In this document: positions 23,426 through 31,529 of the stretch, one piece after another
Layout of the letters: each line of letters begins with the position of its first letter
Position numbering within the stretch: position 1 is the stretch's first letter
NCBI GenBank assembly: GCA_016700015.1
Contig: CP064995.1
Span: forward strand, 540,001 to 572,000
Direction of reading: 5' to 3'
Origin: Candidatus Saccharimonadota bacterium
GTDB taxonomy: Bacteria; Patescibacteriota; Saccharimonadia; Saccharimonadales; Saccharimonadaceae
Length of the DNA stretch: 32,000 nt
The notes under the pieces: generated by a model
Told to the model about the DNA's origin: nothing
Database searches by the model: none
What the model saw: the letters and a program-made list of their open reading frames with translations, nothing else
Position numbers and translations under genes: made by a program

Positions 23426-23977
23426 ATGAACCAGGCAAGACTTGAGTCAAGCAACCGCGAATGGACTGCCGCCAAGAAGTCTTCGCAGCGGATTCGCGCC
23501 GCGCTGCTGGTATATGCGGCCGCGCTGATGATTACCGCTTTCTTCTTTGCGGGTGCCGGTGCCCTGCCTGTCGCTATCTTTGTTGCAGGCATGGTCCCGT
23601 TTGCCGTCGTGATGTCCCAGCCGCGGTGGCTCGATCGCTTCCGCTATATCTGGCACTACCAGAGCGCGCAAGCCGTCATCGATTACGAGATCGAGGATGA
23701 TGATGAACCCACCAGGGAGATGCAGCCCGACGGCTCAGTCAAACTGGAGTTTAGTAGCAGCCTGATTATCCGCGAAGGTGACGTCGTGTACATCAACGTC
23801 ATCAATGGTCCAGTCCTCCAGCCAGTCCCGTACACACCTCGGTTGTGGCAAAGTCTCGGTGGACAGGATGGCCAGAGTAACCGCATCACCTACCGCACAC
23901 GCATCAACCCCGAAACGGGTTATGGCGAAGGTCAACTGGTTGACTACGAGTCTAATGACGGAACCGTCACCGTGTGA
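23426..23977 (+). CDS. Membrane protein (2 TM plus a C-terminal soluble domain), unknown function
   Basis: 183 aa from the ATG at 23426 (the track uses the TTG at 23417). TM helices ALLVYAAALMITAFFFAGAG and VAIFVAGMVPFAVVM. A strong terminator follows. Confidence 0.6.
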   Translation: MNQARLESSNREWTAAKKSSQRIRAALLVYAAALMITAFFFAGAGALPVAIFVAGMVPFAVVMSQPRWLDRFRYIWHYQSAQAVIDYEIEDDDEPTREMQPDGSVKLEFSSSLIIREGDVVYINVINGPVLQPVPYTPRLWQSLGGQDGQSNRITYRTRINPETGYGEGQLVDYESNDGTVTV

Positions 23978-23996
23978 CCCACAGTCCGCACCCGAA

Positions 23997-24046
23997 AGAG
24001 CCCGCTCCCCTAGAGCGTAGCGCTCATCGGGGGCGGGCTCTTTTTA
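23997..24046 (+). terminator. Rho-independent terminator
   Basis: AGAGCCCGCTCCCC...GGGGGCGGGCTCT followed by TTTTTAT. Confidence 0.8.
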
Positions 24047-24072
24047 TATTTGGTGCAAAATCCCGCTAACCC

Positions 24073-24101
24073 TTGCATTTTTTGCAGAGGTATGATATAA
24101 T
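24073..24101 (+). promoter_or_regulatory. Sigma70-type promoter TTGCAT-17(TGa)-TATAAT
   Basis: TTGCAT at 24073-24078 and TATAAT at 24096-24101. The ATG is 15 nt downstream with no SD, so the mRNA has a very short leader. Confidence 0.55.
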
Positions 24102-24116
24102 GAACATTACTAAGTT

Positions 24117-26963
24117 ATGTCATTTATCCTTGCCTTTATCAATATGCTTCTCCAGTGGTACGTCTGGCTGCCCATCGTACTGATACTGGCGTATCTGACA
24201 TGGCGCAACTATCAAAAGGTCGACATCGTCCGCGAGATAGAAAGCGTACTCCTCGTACTTGAGATCCCTAAAACCAATGATAAAAGCGAGCTGGCTGCCG
24301 AGCAAATGTTCGCTAGTCTCCACGGCATATTGCGCGATCGCAAAGAGCTTAAACTCAACGGTGGCTACCAAGAACACCTCAGCTTCGAAGTCGCCTCGGT
24401 TGGCGGCCGGATTCAGTTCTACGTATGGGTACCAAAAACCTTGCAGAGTTTTGTAGAAGGGCAAATCTATTCGCAGTACCCGCAGGTACAGATCCACGCG
24501 GCCGATGAAGACTATGTTACTCACGAGAGGCACCACAGCGTAACCTACACCAGCGAAATTGTGCCGACCGACAAAGAATTTTTGCCCATTAAAACCTTCC
24601 AAAGCTTCGAAGTCGACCCGCTGGCGGGCATCACTGGCACACTCGCCAAACTTGAAGACACAGACGAAGAAATTTGGATACAAATCCTTGTGCGCCCAGT
24701 AGCCGACGACTGGCATAAAGCAACCGACGCTTGGATTAAATCTGTCAAAAACGGTTCCATAAGCCTATTTAGCGGTGGCGGCATCAACGCCAAATGGTTT
24801 GCCGGCCTCTTTGAAGCATTGTGGGCTCCACCAGAGCAGGGCACAGCGAGCGCTGCCGTCAAAGAAGTCAGTGAACGCGACAAAACCCGTATCGCCGAAG
24901 CCGAAAAGAAAGCGACGAAACTCGGCTATCAGGCGAAAATCCGCATTGCTTACCTAGGCGAAAGTACAACCAATGCCAAGCTGCGCATGCAGGGAATCGT
25001 CGGCACCTTTAAACAATTCAATAGTACCAACCTCAATGGGTTCAAGATGGCTAACGACAGCTTCGCCAAAGAAGCGCTCGACAAATATAAATCCCGTCTT
25101 TTTGCCGACAAGGGTTATTTGCTCAATATTGAAGAAGTAGCGAGCGTGTACCACTTGCCTCACACCAACGTCGAAACGCCGAATATTGTCTGGGCCAGTA
25201 CTAAAACCGCCGAACCACCCGCCAAGCTACCGCTCCTCACCGGCAACCCCGCAATCGATGAAAACATCAGTGCGTTTGGTATGACCAATTTCCGCGGCAT
25301 CAATCACCAATTTGGTATGCTACGCTACGACCGCTCGCGCCATGTTTACATTATCGGCCAGACCGGTGCGGGTAAGTCAGGTTTGCTCGAGCTCTTCGCG
25401 CTGAGCGATATATTCCACGGCCAAGGCTATGCCATTATCGACCCGCACGGCGACTTTGCCATCAACAACATGAAGTTCATTCCTGGGGCTCGTATGAAAG
25501 ATGTCGTGTATTTTAACCCTGCAGATACGCAGTTCCCGCTCGGCTTCAATCCACTTGAAGTCACCAACCCCGAGCAAAAATCCAACATCAGCAGCGAAGT
25601 GATCGGCGTGCTTAAGCGCATGTTCGGCGAGAGTTGGGGACCGCGCCTCGAATACATTCTACGCTATACCATCCTCGCGCTGCTTGATCGTCCCGAAACC
25701 ACTATGCTCGACATTACCCGTATGCTCACTGACAAAAAGTTCCGCAAAGACACGCTCAGCTACTGTCAGGATACCGTGGTATTGCAGTTCTGGAATGTGG
25801 AATTTGCCAGCTGGACCGACAAATTCCAAGCCGAAGCGATCGCGCCCGTACTTAACAAAGTTGGTGCTTTCACCGCCAACCCGGTTATCCGCAACATCAT
25901 CGGACAGCCCAAAAGCACCTTTAATATCCGCGAGATGATGGACGAGGGCAAAATTCTCATCGTAAACCTCTCTAAAGGCCTCATCGGCGAAGACAACGCT
26001 GGTATCCTTGGCTCATTCCTTGTGACTAAAATTCAGCTCGCCGCCATGAGCCGCAGCGATATCGCGAGTATCGAGGACCGTCGTCCATTCTATCTGTACG
26101 TCGACGAGTTTCAAAACTTTGCTACTGATAGCTTTGCAACCATTTTGTCCGAAGCTCGCAAATACGGCCTCAACCTTACTGTCGCCAACCAGTACATCAG
26201 CCAGATGAGCGACACCGTGCGCAACGCCGTGTTCGGCAACGTCGGCACTATGATTAGTTTCCGTGTCTCGGCCGATGATAGCCCCATCCTGAGCAAGCAG
26301 TTCGAGCCACAGTTCGAACCAAATGATCTGTTGCAGATGCACAACCGCAACTTTGTCGTCAATATGGTGATAAATGGCGAGAAAGCTCCGGCCTTCAGCG
26401 CGCGCACACTCAACCTGCCACCGGCACAAACCGACAATACACATTTGATTATAGAGAATACCCGTGCGCTTTATGGCCAGCCACGTGCCGCGATTGAAGA
26501 ATCAATTAACAATCGCATCATGCCGCCCGAAAATCTCGTCGTCAAACGACCTGGCCCTGCCTACACACCACCCAAGAGCGAGGAGCAACGAGAAACCGAT
26601 CGCCGCGAGCGCGAAGTGGCAATGGTCGCTCAGGGCAAAACCTGGCCAATCAGCAATGTTACGCCCGACGAAGTAAATAGCGCCCTACAGGCGGCGAAAG
26701 AGCAGGGGAATACTAGCCCCGCAGCAACCGAGGCGGGCAATCGCCCCGTGGCTGCGTTTGGCTCACACGACAACGACCAAGGTAAGCGTAAACGTCCACG
26801 CACGCGTAAGCGTAAGCCCAGCGACGATAATGACTATCCACGCCAGGGGAGCAACAAGCCAAACCGACCGCGCATTATCCGCGAGAGTGATGACCGGCAG
26901 GGAGCAGACACCCCTGCGCCAGCGCGTCCGAAAGAAGATCCTACAGTTCTTTCGCTACGCTAA
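24117..26963 (+). CDS. TraD/VirD4-like (T4SS coupling-protein family) P-loop ATPase with an uncharacterised N-terminal domain and a basic disordered tail
   Basis: 948 aa with an N-terminal TM helix. Walker A is YIIGQTGAGKSGLL and Walker B is FYLYVDEFQNF, followed by ARKYGLNLTVANQYISQM. This is typical of TrwB/TraD/HerA-like hexameric translocases. Residues 1-400 show no motif I recognise. The tail is GKRKRPRTRKRKPSDD... Confidence 0.7.
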   Translation: MSFILAFINMLLQWYVWLPIVLILAYLTWRNYQKVDIVREIESVLLVLEIPKTNDKSELAAEQMFASLHGILRDRKELKLNGGYQEHLSFEVASVGGRIQFYVWVPKTLQSFVEGQIYSQYPQVQIHAADEDYVTHERHHSVTYTSEIVPTDKEFLPIKTFQSFEVDPLAGITGTLAKLEDTDEEIWIQILVRPVADDWHKATDAWIKSVKNGSISLFSGGGINAKWFAGLFEALWAPPEQGTASAAVKEVSERDKTRIAEAEKKATKLGYQAKIRIAYLGESTTNAKLRMQGIVGTFKQFNSTNLNGFKMANDSFAKEALDKYKSRLFADKGYLLNIEEVASVYHLPHTNVETPNIVWASTKTAEPPAKLPLLTGNPAIDENISAFGMTNFRGINHQFGMLRYDRSRHVYIIGQTGAGKSGLLELFALSDIFHGQGYAIIDPHGDFAINNMKFIPGARMKDVVYFNPADTQFPLGFNPLEVTNPEQKSNISSEVIGVLKRMFGESWGPRLEYILRYTILALLDRPETTMLDITRMLTDKKFRKDTLSYCQDTVVLQFWNVEFASWTDKFQAEAIAPVLNKVGAFTANPVIRNIIGQPKSTFNIREMMDEGKILIVNLSKGLIGEDNAGILGSFLVTKIQLAAMSRSDIASIEDRRPFYLYVDEFQNFATDSFATILSEARKYGLNLTVANQYISQMSDTVRNAVFGNVGTMISFRVSADDSPILSKQFEPQFEPNDLLQMHNRNFVVNMVINGEKAPAFSARTLNLPPAQTDNTHLIIENTRALYGQPRAAIEESINNRIMPPENLVVKRPGPAYTPPKSEEQRETDRREREVAMVAQGKTWPISNVTPDEVNSALQAAKEQGNTSPAATEAGNRPVAAFGSHDNDQGKRKRPRTRKRKPSDDNDYPRQGSNKPNRPRIIRESDDRQGADTPAPARPKEDPTVLSLR

Positions 26964-26965
26964 AT

Positions 26966-27610
26966 CTAGCCTTTTATCAGGTCTTTCAACAGCGCTATTA
27001 GTTTAGGTCGAGCAGAGCCGGTGAAATTGTGGTCGGCAGCGATTTCATAGCGCTGTGCGCCTGCTAAATGGCCGAGTCGTGTCTTACCCAGCACGTCATC
27101 CTCGGTTGCCCGCACTAGTACCGTCGGTACGCTCTCAGCAATACGCGCGTACAACCATTCAGGGTGTACGGTCGCGATTTCGTCCATATACGCTTTATCA
27201 ATCGTCGTCATTGTACCATCCGAACGCACAAGGTGGTACGCACCAGTACCGTCTTTGTAGCTACCCGGCCGAGCAGCTATGCGCTCGAGCAGTCGCTGCA
27301 TTATCGTTCCTGTCGGTGGGGCGAGTAGTATCACTTTACTCACTGTACTTACATCAACCATACCGGCAATCATACAACCCTGCGAATGGCAAAGCAGCGT
27401 GATGTCTTCGCCCTTATGGGTATCAATGGTTCGCTGCAAACGTTTTGCTTGTTCGGTCAGTGACGGCACGTACGTGCCACCCCTGCCGTCGCTGTCAGTA
27501 TAGTCAAACAATACAAAGGTTGCACCGCTCAGCGCACCCGCAATCTCCGTAAACATACCGCGCGAATCTGCACGGACCCCAAAGCCATGGGAACAAATCA
27601 CTGTTTTCAT
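26966..27610 (-). CDS. Alpha/beta-fold hydrolase
   Basis: HGFG oxyanion motif and a nucleophile elbow, LCHSQGC (GxSxG-type). There are C-terminal Asp/His candidates (ATEDD, ADHNF). The start is either the ATG at 27610 or the GTG at 27646. Confidence 0.7.
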   Translation of the reverse strand: MKTVICSHGFGVRADSRGMFTEIAGALSGATFVLFDYTDSDGRGGTYVPSLTEQAKRLQRTIDTHKGEDITLLCHSQGCMIAGMVDVSTVSKVILLAPPTGTIMQRLLERIAARPGSYKDGTGAYHLVRSDGTMTTIDKAYMDEIATVHPEWLYARIAESVPTVLVRATEDDVLGKTRLGHLAGAQRYEIAADHNFTGSARPKLIALLKDLIKG

Positions 27611-27698
27611 ATCGTTTCTTGGCAGCCCGGATAAGGCACCGCCCACGTGGTGAGTAGTCTTAGTCCGTTCCGGGCCATCTCTATTGTAACAATAATCA

Positions 27699-27733
27699 CC
27701 AAATTAAATCTCCCTCCGCTTTACAGAGGGAGT
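27699..27733 (-). terminator. Rho-independent terminator
   Basis: Minus strand: CTCCCTC-tgtaaagcg-GAGGGAG followed by ATTTAATTT. Confidence 0.6.
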
Positions 27734-27744
27734 ATTCGAGAGTT

Positions 27745-28572
27745 TCAGTGCCGCTGATACGACCAGGGCAGTAACACACCGTCACCAGCAGAGCGCGGTA
27801 CGATATGCACATGCAAATGAAACATTGTCTGCGTGGCGTCTGGCCCGACAGAGGTGATGAGGTTTGCCTGCAAACCATGGTCGCGCACATATGTCGCAGC
27901 ATCTTGGAATACCTGCGCTGCGATACCCGGATTGTCTGCCGCTGACGCGATATGCAACCGCGGTACGACAAGTTTGTGACCCGGCACGCATGGCGACAGG
28001 GGAGTGAATACTACGCCGTGATCAGTAGTTATCTCCACCTGTCCCTGTGGGTCCGAATGTGCGATCCTACAGAACGCGCAGGCCGTCGCGTCGTCCTCAA
28101 ACTGTCGGAGCAACCGTAGAGCCGCCGTGATAGTATCGGGCAGGGTACGGTGTGCCGACATGCCAGAACGTGCCACATACCACTCAATGTAGCGGTTGCC
28201 TGGTGTTCCTATGGGTGCGCCATAGACAAGCTTGCCACTATCCCACCAATTACCAAACTCGACATTGGTCGTGAATGCTGGCATATGTACCAGCTCACGC
28301 GGCACCCACGCCATGATAACACTGGCCTTCTGCAAAGCTTCGAGTTCCCACGCTACCTGCTCATCGTAGTTGCCTCGAAATCGACTCACGCCGTCAGCGT
28401 CGGGCCGATCCTCGGGTATGATGAGCGTTCCACTAAACCAATTTCGCCTAAACACTTCGGTGGCCGCCGGGCGCCACGACGTGACTATATCGCTACGCGG
28501 TGTCGGTCCGGCTAAAAATATCGAGCGCGGCATCACTCGCGGCAACGGCTCACGGGCGTAGATACTGTCCAT
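27745..28572 (-). CDS. Fusion protein: nucleoside 2-deoxyribosyltransferase-like domain (N-terminal) plus HIT histidine-triad domain (C-terminal)
   Basis: The N-terminal half has SIFLAGPTPR...SWR...YDEQVAWELEALQKASVIMAWVPRELVHMPAFTTNVEFGNW..SGKLVYGAP, which fits the Nuc_deoxyri_tr2-type pattern. The C-terminal half has CAFCRI...PGHKLVVPRLH...QTMFHLHVHIVPR, the classical HxHxHxx triad. Confidence 0.7.
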   Translation of the reverse strand: MDSIYAREPLPRVMPRSIFLAGPTPRSDIVTSWRPAATEVFRRNWFSGTLIIPEDRPDADGVSRFRGNYDEQVAWELEALQKASVIMAWVPRELVHMPAFTTNVEFGNWWDSGKLVYGAPIGTPGNRYIEWYVARSGMSAHRTLPDTITAALRLLRQFEDDATACAFCRIAHSDPQGQVEITTDHGVVFTPLSPCVPGHKLVVPRLHIASAADNPGIAAQVFQDAATYVRDHGLQANLITSVGPDATQTMFHLHVHIVPRSAGDGVLLPWSYQRH

Positions 28573-28622
28573 CTATCAATCTCTTTCTCTCGAGGTACGT
28601 GTCCCATTCTCCTGAGACAGGT

Positions 28623-28652
28623 TCATTGATAATCATAGGAGACCAGGGGATG
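28623..28652 (-). promoter_or_regulatory. Sigma70-type promoter TTGCAA-18-TATGAT
   Basis: TTGCAA at 28647-28652, and the rc of 28623-28628 is TATGAT. It lies about 55 nt upstream of the 28572 start. Confidence 0.4.
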
Positions 28653-28722
28653 GTATTGCAAGAATAAGCACCATCAATCGCACATCCTCCGTCCCTGGCC
28701 ATAGGGAGCTTTGATATGCTTG

Positions 28723-28743
28723 AAATAGATAATAGAACAAAAA
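28723..28743. repeat. Copy 1 of a perfect 21-bp direct repeat, ATAGAACAAAAATAGAACATT
   Basis: Identical to 29328-29348. The wider 26-nt match TTGAAATAGAACAAAAATAGAACATT is interrupted here by a 7-nt internal duplication (TAATAGA). It contains ATAGAAC twice at 11-bp spacing. Confidence 0.9.
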
Positions 28744-29327
28744 TAGAACATTATTTCAATTCGATATGCATCCATGTGACTCAACCACAGAATATGCCGA
28801 ATACGTAACAGCAACTGGCAAAAGCCAAAAACAGCCTTGCGGTGCCTATGGGCATGCAGGGAATAGTAATGCAGAACAACAGGTAGGCGGGTCCAAATTT
28901 TACAAACTGTGCGTAGGGAAACGTACTCGCGGGTGATATCATTATCTATTGATTTAACGTCGCGCAATATATCTTTCACGACATTAAAACAATGGCTCGA
29001 AGATGAGTCAGCATACGTCGAAATAGAGTGCTAATTTAACCTGATACCCCTGGTGGGGGAAGTGCTGCTTCTATTCGAATTATCTATGCATCATTTTACT
29101 GTTTGTTGTGCTTCATTTGTATACCACACACTAACTCCATGACCTGCGTGTTGTTAGTTTTGTGACATAGCTATCGCTATAGCGTACCGCTATTTATCCA
29201 CAAGTCCATGTTTTCACGAGCGCTGATATTTGCATTTTTTAAAAATTATTACCCCCCTATTCTTTTAAGGCTTTCCTTCCCTGTTTGCTTTTTTGTAGTT
29301 TCTATATTTTAATATATATTTTTATCA

Positions 29328-29348
29328 ATTATTGAAATAGAACAAAAA
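29328..29348. repeat. Copy 2 of the perfect 21-bp direct repeat, ATAGAACAAAAATAGAACATT
   Basis: Identical to 28723-28743, 605 bp away. It lies about 30 nt downstream of the ftsQ stop codon. Confidence 0.9.
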
Positions 29349-29379
29349 TAGAACATTTCCCAAGTGGTGAGGAGAGTCC

Positions 29380-30327
29380 CTATCGGTAAAACGCGCGTTG
29401 ACTGACGCGAACATCAAGGTACTCTGTTGGCTTAATCCCCTTTGCAGCAAGATACTGCACCGCTCGGGTCGTATCTTCCACCTGCTCCCCCACTGGCCGA
29501 TCAACACTGAGCTTGATTGGGTAGCTGATGCCATCGACATGAACCGCGATTTGTCGAGATGTACCAAGTGGTAAGTCGACCTGGTTGACATGGTACCCAC
29601 GGAGTTTCATCTGCCCAATCACGCGGCCAATAAAACCAAGAAAGCGGTTACTGGCGAGCACTTTATTGTCTTTAGTCACAATACCCGTTTGATCAACGAC
29701 TTTGACATTAGGTTCACTATAGTAATTGCGCACAAACGATACGCCAGTATCATCAACATATAGATTATTATCACCTGTTTTCCAGGCCACGGCCGGCTCA
29801 CGAATAGTAAGTTGGAGTTCGGTGGTTCCAAAACCAACAAAACGCATATCCGCCGACACAGCAGCGATCTCTGGGCAGTCATGTAGTTGCAAATATTGAG
29901 TAAGTCGCTTCGTATCAAGTGAAAAACGAAAGCGCTCCAGGGGCCGCCCATTTAAATATGCTTGTATCTTTTGTTGATATAGCTGCTGATCGACACTGAT
30001 TGCCGTGCTTGCTTTTATTTGCACCGATGCAATCGACTGATACACCAAAAAACCAAGTAGTACCACTACCGTCATTACTCCGAGCAGGACTGAAGATAAC
30101 TTTCGACGATGACGCCGTAGGTCATGGGCATGAACCCTGTGAGAACGTAGCTGTGAATGGGTTTCGCTGGCACTCGCAACATTTGATGCCAAACTTCCCG
30201 TCAAGGTTCGATTACGACGAAAGGTATAGCGCTGTTCCAGTTCACTGTCCGTAGCACGTGTCTGACGAATCGAAGCCTGACTGCTTCGCCTTACAGATAG
30301 CTGTTGTTTTTTTCGCAATAGATTCAT
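29380..30327 (-). CDS. ftsQ: Cell division protein FtsQ/DivIB-like
   Basis: 315 aa. It has a basic cytoplasmic N-terminus and a single TM helix (LSSVLLGVMTVVVLLGFLVY), then a POTRA-like and FtsQ-like periplasmic region (IREPAVAWKTGDNNLYVDDTGVSFV). Its position directly after murG in a dcw-type cluster supports the call. Confidence 0.7.
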   Translation of the reverse strand: MNLLRKKQQLSVRRSSQASIRQTRATDSELEQRYTFRRNRTLTGSLASNVASASETHSQLRSHRVHAHDLRRHRRKLSSVLLGVMTVVVLLGFLVYQSIASVQIKASTAISVDQQLYQQKIQAYLNGRPLERFRFSLDTKRLTQYLQLHDCPEIAAVSADMRFVGFGTTELQLTIREPAVAWKTGDNNLYVDDTGVSFVRNYYSEPNVKVVDQTGIVTKDNKVLASNRFLGFIGRVIGQMKLRGYHVNQVDLPLGTSRQIAVHVDGISYPIKLSVDRPVGEQVEDTTRAVQYLAAKGIKPTEYLDVRVSQRAFYR

Positions 30328-30365
30328 ACCGCTAGTGGTAGTATACCACCCCTTGTGCTTGCATA

Positions 30366-31529
30366 CTAACTCTGGTTTTTGACTGCAGCTAGCACTAGGA
30401 GAGCCATATCACGCGCCGCGTGTGGTTTGGCAAATTCGCTAAATACCTGCGCCATCACCCGCTGCCGAGAACTGTCAGCGAGGATATTCATGATTTCATC
30501 GTAGAGTAATTCTGGGCGAGCTTCGAGTTCATTTTCATCTATGATACTGACGGCGTTTTTCTCTGCGTATACCGCAGCGTTTTTGAGTTGGTGACCACCG
30601 GTTAAGTAGCCATTTGGCACAAGGATCGTCGGCTTGGCCAAGGCCGCAAGTTCAAGGATTGTCGTCGCTCCAGCTCTTGCCACTACTACATCGGCCGCAC
30701 CAAGCATGTCCGCCATCCCCTTACTGACGAAAGAGTGTAGCTGATATCGCTCATCATTTTGCGGCGTAAGTGCCCGCATTTCATCATACTGCCCTTCCCC
30801 ACTAATCAGAATCACATTTGTCCGAGCTAGCAATAATTGCAGCTGCTCGGCAACAGCATCGTTAAGGCGTTTAGCGCCAAGTCCACCACCCGTCACCACC
30901 ACAAGTGGACGTTCGGCCGTAAAGCCCAGCTGTTGCTTTATTCTGCGACGCCGCTCAGCTGAGTAGGGCGTAAACTCTGCCACTACCGGTACGCCGACAT
31001 AATGAGAAATTTTTGTTGGATATGAATAAAATTTCAGGGGCGCCCCTGTACCGATAGCTGTAGCCCATTTGGCCAACATGCGATTCGTAAGGCCAGGATG
31101 CGCATCGGAGTCATGAATCACCAGGGGTATGCCCAGTAGTTTAGCAGCTAGGCCAATCGGCAAGCAGACAAAGCCACCCTTCGTAAACACGACATCAGGC
31201 CGCCATAGCAGAAGTTTTATACTACTCTGTACCAACCCCACCCCAACCAGTACCATATCGCGTAGGTTTGGCAATACAATCCCACGCAGGTTGCGCAGTT
31301 GTTGCCAGAGTGTCAGTGAATGATATCGTCGTAATTTGCCGCTAATAATTGTGTCAATACGAATTGAATCATCAAAATGCCCCATAACACTGCGCGCCGA
31401 ACCGGCAAATTTACGGTCGCACCAAAATCTCACCTCCGCGTCAGGGACGCGCTGCTTAAGCTCTCGTAAAACCGCGACGACTGGGGTGACGTGACCCCCC
31501 GATCCGCCGCCGGCTGCTAGAATTCTCAT
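30366..31529 (-). CDS. murG: UDP-N-acetylglucosamine--N-acetylmuramyl-(pentapeptide) pyrophosphoryl-undecaprenol GlcNAc transferase
   Basis: MRILAAGGGSGGHVTPVVAV is the canonical MurG N-terminus, and the C-terminal half has VVTGGGLGA...ARAGATTILELAALAKPTILVP. Confidence 0.95.
   Translation of the reverse strand: MRILAAGGGSGGHVTPVVAVLRELKQRVPDAEVRFWCDRKFAGSARSVMGHFDDSIRIDTIISGKLRRYHSLTLWQQLRNLRGIVLPNLRDMVLVGVGLVQSSIKLLLWRPDVVFTKGGFVCLPIGLAAKLLGIPLVIHDSDAHPGLTNRMLAKWATAIGTGAPLKFYSYPTKISHYVGVPVVAEFTPYSAERRRRIKQQLGFTAERPLVVVTGGGLGAKRLNDAVAEQLQLLLARTNVILISGEGQYDEMRALTPQNDERYQLHSFVSKGMADMLGAADVVVARAGATTILELAALAKPTILVPNGYLTGGHQLKNAAVYAEKNAVSIIDENELEARPELLYDEIMNILADSSRQRVMAQVFSEFAKPHAARDMALLVLAAVKNQS

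Noticed and set aside
28674-28979. 101-aa minus-strand ORF inside the AT-rich non-coding block.
   Set aside because: It has a GTG start without an SD, an unusual His/Arg/Cys/Tyr/Trp-rich composition, and runs across repeat copy 1. It cannot be fully excluded without expression or conservation data.
28573-29379. Calling this block the chromosomal replication origin.
   Set aside because: It has only one perfect DnaA box plus a few 6-7/9 matches, and no dnaA or dnaN nearby. The idea is kept as a minor alternative inside the finding, not as a feature.
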